From the human T2T-CHM13v2.0 reference genome, Homo sapiens: 64,000 nt of DNA. A model generated the notes under the pieces. It was not told where the DNA came from, searched no databases, and saw only the letters and a list, made by a program, of their open reading frames with translations. Position 1 is the stretch's first letter, and each line of letters begins with the position of its first letter. The stretch lies in assembly GCF_009914755.1 (NCBI RefSeq), contig NC_060937.1; one strand, 5' to 3'. This document shows, piece by piece, positions 54,871 to 64,000 of the stretch. The translations under genes and the position numbers were made by a program.

Positions 54871-57037
54871 TGAAATAAAAGAAACAATTACTTTAAGGAG
54901 AATTATAGATCATTTTCCTCCAAATTTTTTATTTAAAGTTATTACAATATTGTACTTAACAGCAAATAAAAATCAAAGAAAAAATACTCCTTATTCCTCC
55001 TGAAAATGCTCAATTTGAATGTTGACAGCCTTTGTGAGAGTAGCTGACTGGTCTGAAACATGAGAGGAGGGCAGAGATTAAATGATTTACCAAGGGGAGA
55101 GGAGCGGCCATGGGGGCCCCTGGGCAGAATGATTGGTAAAGGGGAGGCCAGAGAAAAAGAAGCTCACTTGCCAAAAGCATGTAATAAACTCTCTTTCTTT
55201 TTTTCCCCCACCTCTCTCTTTTCCTTTGAGGCATAGCTGATTTCTTTTTCTTCAAAGTAATTGTTATAGTTAGAAGACATTAATTAAGAACAAATTCTGT
55301 TTTAAACAGTGTGAGTAGATTGCAACCCTGTTTGAAGAAACCTGTGGCCTTTGGCTAGGGGAAGAAGTGATTCTGAATGGCTGAGGAAGTCAGGCCACAT
55401 GTTCAGAGCCAATTAGATTCACTCAATGTCCAAAATTTAGCAATCGCTAGTTAAATAATGCATTTTTTTCCCCACTAAACAGCCTCACTGTCAGTTAAAG
55501 ACAAGCTCCTCACTGTTATAAGAAATTTTTTTAGTAACTATAACCTGTCATTCACCAAAATGACATCTTAAAAAGTCAATTTCAAGAATCGCCTTGGCTG
55601 TCTCTCAATCTCATAAATCTTTCCAAATCCCTTTACAGCCAGCCTGAGAGCACAGCCTCACACAATCTAGGATATGTCAGCTACACCTGTTGCCTATAAA
55701 ATGCGGTTTATTACAACAAACACAATTGTAAACCTATATACCCCAATGCTGCTTTTATGGCAAAAAGCAAGCAACCCTGACTCTGGTATTTGATCACTAA
55801 TGGTTGTCTTGAACAACACACAATGTTCAATAATTCCCAATTTGGCCACTCTTGATTCTAGTGGATCATAAACTGTGCATTATGAATTGTGGCTTCCCTA
55901 AGATAAGCCATATTACCCATGAAATGATTAAAAAGTAAACAAAGCTATGACAACATGATCTCTTTAGAAAGACGCATTTTTCTCAAATAAGAACATGGGA
56001 TCTCTCCGACACAAGTTTCCTGACCAGATTACAAATCTACTAATTACATCTTGATTCCTTAAATCTACCCCCTTTAATTTCAAGTGAATGAATTATATTC
56101 ATCTCATCTTAAATGTTACGGAGATTTGCACTGCACAGTTAAATTGCTGCCATCATTCTCCCCAGATAGTCACAATAGTTTACATTTGCATAACTCACTA
56201 CAGTTTGCAAATTCCTTGCACATAAATTTTTAAACTTTAACCTATGATGGAACACCTATAAGCTAGTTATTATTAGTCCCAGTTTTACAGATGAAAAAAT
56301 TGAGGTACAAAAGACTTTCTTTTACCCATTTTTGCTTCAGAAAGTGATGATCTTTTGCCAGTAGCTTCATCCCTGTCAGGTTTCTGATGAAGGTAGACAG
56401 TATATGTGCATTAGGAACCCCATGTAGACAGTATACATGCATTAGGGCCTTGGAGTTGGTCTTGCTGCAGACCAAAGTCATTTAGCCCTGGTATTCTGAT
56501 GCCCTCTGACCTGCTTCTCTTCTTTAACCTCTGCCTCAGCCCTGTTCCAATAACCGGTTTATGTCTTAGTTCTCCCTCTGGCATGGGAGCTGTAGTGACA
56601 GCCCATTTCTGCCTATCTTGGCTTAAGACCTGACAATACACACAGCCCACGCCACCTTTATCTCTGTAGGAGCTGAACCTAGTACTCAAAGTGCTGGCTG
56701 GGAACTTGCCCCCTAACCCACAAAATTCCCTTACAACTATGACATGATGAGGCTGACACTCATCGGCTCAGAGCAAGGCATTCTCTGGAGAATCCTACCA
56801 AAGTGCTCCAGATACCAAATTAGACCTGGTCCAGATGAAACCTATGGAAAGAGGCCAACCACATAAATATCTGTTCCTACTGTACAAAGCTGAAGAAGTT
56901 TATCTTGTTTAAGAAGTTGATTATCAAAATCCAAACTCATTCTCACTCATTTGATAGGGAAAAAAAAAGCAAGTAAATAATAGAATGCCATGTTCTTGAG
57001 AGATCACCACCTCTTACTGGGATCCTTCAGACATAAA

Positions 57038-57191
57038 GTATTTTAGAGAAGAGGCCCCGCTCTGCTGTCCAGACAAGAGTGCAGTGGCACAATCACAGCA
57101 CCCACAGCCTCAAACTCCTGGCCTCAAGCAATCCTCCCACCTCAGCCTACCAAAGTGCTGGGATTACAAAAGTGAGCCACCACACCCAGCC
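57038..57191 (-). mobile_element. Alu monomer (FRAM/FAM-like)
   Basis: About 150-bp monomer; TSD cagacataaa on both sides. Confidence 0.8.
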
Positions 57192-57558
57192 CAGACATAA
57201 ATATAGAGAAGAAAGAAATCATCTGTATCAGTTAGGATTCAGTTCCATGGTAAAATTAGAAAAGTCAAATTAACAGTAGCCAAAACACAAAATATGTTAT
57301 TCTGTTAAAAGTTCAGAATTGGTATTACAGAGGTGGTATGAAATCCCATAAGGAACCTAAACTCTAGTTCCTGGAGTCAGAACTTTTGCATGTGCTATTT
57401 GCCCTGGCTAGACTGCAGTTATTTTTAACATCGACTTTACTGAAGGAAGCATTCATTTATTCACCTACCAACAACTAAATCCAAGTGTAGAAAAGATAAG
57501 AAGGAAGGTGTGAGATAAAATATTATCCCATAATTTCATTTTAAAAAGTCTAAATTTT

Positions 57559-58136
<578 letters not shown>

Positions 58137-58451
58137 TATATAAATTTATTCTACCATTTTCAGCATCTGAGAAGCATTCCAGGATATATTTTGTTTAAAT
58201 TTTTCTCTTGGTTTCCATTTATTTCCCCCTCTGTCTACTGGCTTCTCCCTTTTGCCTGTCTGAGTCCACCTATTGCTGAGAAAGAAACTTATGGTTGTCA
58301 TAAAAGGTGATGGAAGTAATGCAAAGATCAGATGGACAGAAAAATTCCAGTTGTGGAAAAAGAGATCCTGTCCACCCAAGCCAGTGTAGTTGTGCATGTG
58401 AGGGAGATCAATGCAGTCCTTGTCGGTGTATGAACTGAAGGAAAGAGGCCT

Positions 58452-58731
<280 letters not shown>

Positions 58732-59689
58732 TGACAGGAAAGTACACCGGGGCAAAGCATTACATCAGGAATTTTGGGCTCTATTTCTGCTTGAAGTGGC
58801 AAAGAAAGAAGGCATTCTAAGAATATACAGTACAACAGAGGGCTGTCTGGGAATGAAAAATATTAGAAAATCTCCTATAATACCTAGCATTCTGAGCACA
58901 GAAAAAATTAGCTTACATTCCACCAAGCCTTGCTTTTCCCATTAAAAATTATGGGTGGAGATGTTTTGAAATACTTGCCTATCTTATCAATCCCAAATAA
59001 AACATTCTCTGCAATCATAACAATTTTTACCTTAGATCCATTTTGAAATGTTTGCCGATGGTGCAAACGTTCCCTCTTGGAAATGTGCTTGCTTTTAAAA
59101 CAATGCCAAATGAAACAATTTTCTGTGCATATAGAACATTTTATTTTCAAAATACTTGCTGATGTATGCAGGGCCTGTGCAATGTCAAGAAACATATTTA
59201 ATCAAACATCCCTGGGAGAACAGCTTAGTACCATTAGCCTCATTATACAGATAAGAACACTGAGATCTAAATAGGTTAAGTAGAGGTTGCAGCATGCTTC
59301 CTAACAACAGAGTGCTCTAAAAATATGTGTACAGAAGGAAAAAATGTAATCTTTTGTAGGAAAGAGACTAGGGAGAACAGCCCAGAGGCAAGGAGAATTT
59401 ATATTTTTGTTTTGAAAGCTTTCATGGCTCATGTCAAAGAATACATTGTTCTCCTGAGCCATGTACAATTTTCTCATCTAGTATTTTGGGGAATTATACT
59501 ACTTCATCTCCAGAATTCAAGCAAATCAGATGTATACCCATGGTTTTCCTCTGCGGAGTACAAAGCACTAAGAAAATTCTGGTTTTGTTGTTGCTGTCAA
59601 TATTGTGCATAATCAGCACATTTCTGATGATGCCATATCCCATACAAACCTAATAAATACATTTCAGGAACATATCAACTCTGATTTCT

Positions 59690-60480
59690 TCATTCAGCAA
59701 ACATCTATTGAGTGACAATTCTGGGTCAGTCAGTGTGCTAAGCCTGGAGATATAATGATAAATAAGATAGCCCCTACCTTCCATTAGTTTAGTATGTAGA
59801 ATAGAAAAACAAAATGTAACCAAATAATTAAAAGATAAAATTAATTAATTAAATTAGAAACACATACAAAGTACCTTGGTAGTACAGAGAAGAGTGCAAT
59901 GTGCTCTGCCTGGAGAAAACAGCCAAATAATTAGATGATGTAAAATCTGAGCAACATCTTTAAGCAAAACAAGGTGAAAGGCATTCCACACAGATAGAGT
60001 CATACATCTAAGGGCAGAGAAGTACAAAGAGGATATTATGTGACCTGGGTACATTGAATACAGATGGGAAATAAAAATGGAAAGACAGAATGAGATGCAC
60101 TTGTGAAGGGCTACGTTCTATCATCAATGAGGAATCAAGGAAGGATCTAAAACAGGGAAGGACACAGTCACATTTATGCTTTGAAAAGACAACTCTGCAT
60201 GGAGAGTGGGCCAAACTGGGGAGGGATTGGAGACAAATGGAGCCAGTTAGAAAATCCTGAGACTGTGCAGTAGTCCAGAAAAGAGATGGTGAAGACCCAA
60301 ACCACTGCAGTGGCAGTGAGGGTAGAAAGGAGCCAGCAGATTGCAAAAGATGTTTGGGTGGTGGACTCGACAAAACTTGAAGACCAATACTGGAGGTGGT
60401 GACTTGGGTACTACACATGCTGTTGTTATCTAAATTAGAATTATGGGAGAAAGGTCAGGTTTGAGAGAAGATAATGTCTT
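59690..60480 (-). mobile_element. L2
   Basis: cattcagcaaacatctattgag...ttttgaaaagacaactctg...cagtagtccagaaaagagatggtg. Confidence 0.8.
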
Positions 60481-62419
60481 GGTATTTTACATGTATATGA
60501 TTTTCTGAGTAAATAGAGTACCAGACGTGTAATTGAATATTTTACTGATTGTCTTACAATACCTTACAATTATCATCTTGAGATGAAGAGCTTTCTAACT
60601 CCATCAGTAATTTGTAAGTTTATGAGTTCAGTGGTGCCTTTTTTGAGGGTTCCTTTTGCTTGCCTTAAGAGAGAGAGGCTTCCCTCTTCATCCCCAAACA
60701 TCAGGCTTGCAGACCTATTACTTCATTTTATAAACCCTGCTGAAAGTCAGGTTAGCAACATGGTATGTAAAATGAGAATTGAAAGAGACAACTCATGACA
60801 CACCTTACCATCTTTATGTTCCCTGCTTCTTGTATAGAATAAGCATATACACACTGCTCATGTTTAATAAGTGAATAAGGTTTAAATCTTATTATTATCT
60901 GCAAAGGTGATAATAAGATGTAGCAGGTCATTGTTGATGGTCCTGGTTCTGACCATCAGAAATAATAACACAGATTTGGAGATATTATAATTCAGAATAT
61001 ATCTTCAAAAAGAAAGGTTCTTGACAAACTCACCTTGTGAATAACATTGAACATGAAAGGGAATAACCATAGATGTCCCTGGGTAGCCACAGTTGTGTTT
61101 AATAATCTGTCCCAGAAGTTGATGTGGCACCCTTGTTTCTCCCTAATTTTCAATCCAGACCCCACTGGAGAAATTATTCCATCTATCCCCACAATGCTGT
61201 AGATTACAGCAGCTGGCCAGAGCAATTAGATTAAAGACAGAAAATGTAGAAAGCCACTCAAAGAAGGAAACTATTTCCAGGTAACAACTAATAAGTAGTG
61301 GAAAACATTTTATAGATCATAAATAAGGAAAGCAACTTCTTTTACTTATCATTAAAAAGACATACGTAAACTCTGAACAATCACATAAGCAAAAGTGGAG
61401 AATTTTGGCAAATAATAAGAATTAAGTTCTAGGATAGAGCCATCTTAATTGCTTATTTGATTAAAAATTTAAAATTAAGTGGCATACATACTGAAGACTT
61501 CTGTCACTCAGAACCGTTCAAAGCCTGCTCTAATTAATGCACCGTCAATACTGACCTACCTATTTACTCCAATTATCTTCACAGGTATAATCTCATATCT
61601 AAGGATGCAAATGTGGTCTCTCCTTTTTTCAAAGGGGAAATTTTCTATTCCCTCAAAAATTTAAATCTATCAGTTTGTTAGTCATTCTGTCAAAATCTTA
61701 GATCAGCATCGCTTCTTAAACTGCAGACCTGGGCTTCTCAGTTCATTATCTTGTTCAAGGAGCAAAATCACTAAGGTACAATTAGACATTCACTGATTAT
61801 TGTCATATTATTTGCCCTGTGGTGAAATCTGTCAAGAATAGCACAAATTGTAAACCTTTTGTTGACTTTACTTTGCATAAGCTTGAGAACGAAAGCTGGT
61901 TAGGAACAATGCAACATAAACACAATTCCAGTTATTGATCCCCATATTTAACATGCATTTTAATACTACCAGTCAAATTCCAAGTCCCCTTACAGTTTAG
62001 ACAAAAGTATCCAATTTCTATTTCAATTATTTGGATGTATGGCATCTACTTTCTATCTCCCATGTTTTAAGACAAAATTATTCTCCAATACTAATGATAT
62101 TTTTGTTTTGTTTCATTTTATTCTTGTTTACTTATTTTACTTATATGTTATAGTATCTAATTATCTTCAGAGAAAAAAAGTCTTCAGATAATCTTTGAAA
62201 CTAAAATTATCTTTAAAGCGTCCTCCAAAAGACAATTGGCTATATTTTCTAATTCCAAACAAAACATTAATCCATTTAGTAACTTGAATTATATTGTGAG
62301 TTCATCAGAAAGCCATTTTGTCTTAAAAAATATATATTTCATGGAAGCATCGTCAAGGTTTTTCTTGGCCAAATTATTTCAGTAACGTTTGATGGGGGAA
62401 AACTTAGGAAATTCAATAA

Positions 62420-62768
<349 letters not shown>

Positions 62769-63939
62769 AGGACTCACTCTTTCTTGAGGAAAAACCTTTT
62801 TCTCTAGAAGCTGCTTTTGCTAGTAAGTCATTGTCATCACCAGCTGTTTCTGTTTTTCCTAACTACAGACTGCAACAAATGCATTTCAGGTTAACTACTA
62901 TTTCTAAGTAATTAAGTTCTTTCTATTGTAAATTATTAATAACTTTCAGCATAGATTCCATTTATTGAATGTGGTTTTAAATGTGTCACTTTAAGAATAG
63001 CTTGTCACATTTCAAACGAATAATGTCATAGCAGACCACCTTAAGGGTTATGGCAAGACCAAAGCAAGGAGGGAGCTTTGTTTATTTTGGTCTTATGAAC
63101 ATAAATGATTTAACCTTTTAGAAAGAGATCATTATTTGGTTCAATATTACACCCACTCACATTTACATCTGTTTTGGGTAATCTTATGCAAAGGATTACA
63201 CTCACAGGTTTTACTTTATGAATACAGGCAGACTGATTTTTAATATTTTTAGTTAGATATTTGATTTGGAGGAAGGAGTAACTGCAGAGTGTTCTTAATA
63301 AGCATCAGTTAAAAAAGAAATTATCTTTTCTGGAAAAATGGAGTGTGGTAAAAGGGAATGGTTATTATCCTCATTTCAAACTATTCCTAGAAATGTTTTA
63401 CCTGAATATTTTGGTCAGTTGGATTAAGGGGAAGAAAGGAATGTACCGAGACTTTGTCCAAGAGAAATAGGAGCCTGGTTATTTCATCCGGAAATGGAGT
63501 CATTTTACAGCCATTTAGGCCTCTAGACACAAAAGTGTTCTGCAGTCTGCATCTTTGTTCTCGGTGACAGGGCAGAACCCTGTGTTCAGCAGAAGGAGTG
63601 GGGGCTTCTGTAACTTGGCTCCCCGGAACAAAAAGAAGCCGTTCATGACTCAGAGTTTACATAATGCATGTAACTATCCAGTAGGTCTCTTCACTCTCAC
63701 TGAGTCGTGATATGTACTGAAATTACATGAAGCCCATTATCTCTTATAACAAGATGTTTAGATCACCTGCAATTTAGGATCATAAGTGCCATCTCAAAAA
63801 TATCATTTGGATTCAGTCAACATCAAAATATATCTATGCATTGATTCTTACAAAAAAAAATGTTGTGTTAAATCCACATTTTAGGACCTTTGGACCACTA
63901 ATGCTTTTTTCTTTTCTAACTTGGTATTCCTTCCATCTT

Positions 63940-64000
63940 ACATTTATCCATTCATTCATTTATTCATTCATTCATTTAACAACTACTTATTGAACCCCTA
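63940..64000 (-). mobile_element. L2 3' tail with (CATT)n, cut by window edge
   Basis: cattcattcatttattcattcattcatttaacaactacttattga. Confidence 0.7.

Noticed and set aside
61622-61642. ttttttcaaaggggaa similar to 53851-53868
   Set aside because: Short low-complexity match that does not extend.

Overview
Primate (very likely human) AT-rich, CpG-depleted intronic or intergenic DNA, not prokaryotic. I can support no protein-coding exon, tRNA, rRNA or CRISPR array. The supplied ORFs are Alu/L1/L2/LTR-derived or chance frames; only one (44510-44698) matches a recognisable protein, a decayed ERVL gag fragment. Much of the window is interspersed repeat: about 20 Alu/FLAM copies (many with readable TSDs), L1PB/L1MB/L1MC/L1M, a near-full-length HAL1, L2, MIR, MLT1/MLT2 solo LTRs, a partial ERVL provirus (LTR+gag) and DNA-transposon MITEs (MER47A, MER58A x2, MER5A, MER96, MADE1 x2, MADE2). 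Subfamily names are recalled from consensus sequences, not computed. The most informative signals are structural: (i) a multi-template inverted patchwork insertion at 51913-52189 copied from three nearby loci; (ii) an L1PB insertion carrying a 3' transduction inside ERVL gag; (iii) two dispersed local duplications, one dated by an AluJ; (iv) two neighbouring AluY copies with reciprocal +4/-4 indels and a shared variant; (v) a re-used Alu insertion site; (vi) palindromic hairpins, candidate non-coding exons and candidate enhancers. I found no evidence for a new gene-encoded biological system; the host gene cannot be identified from sequence alone.
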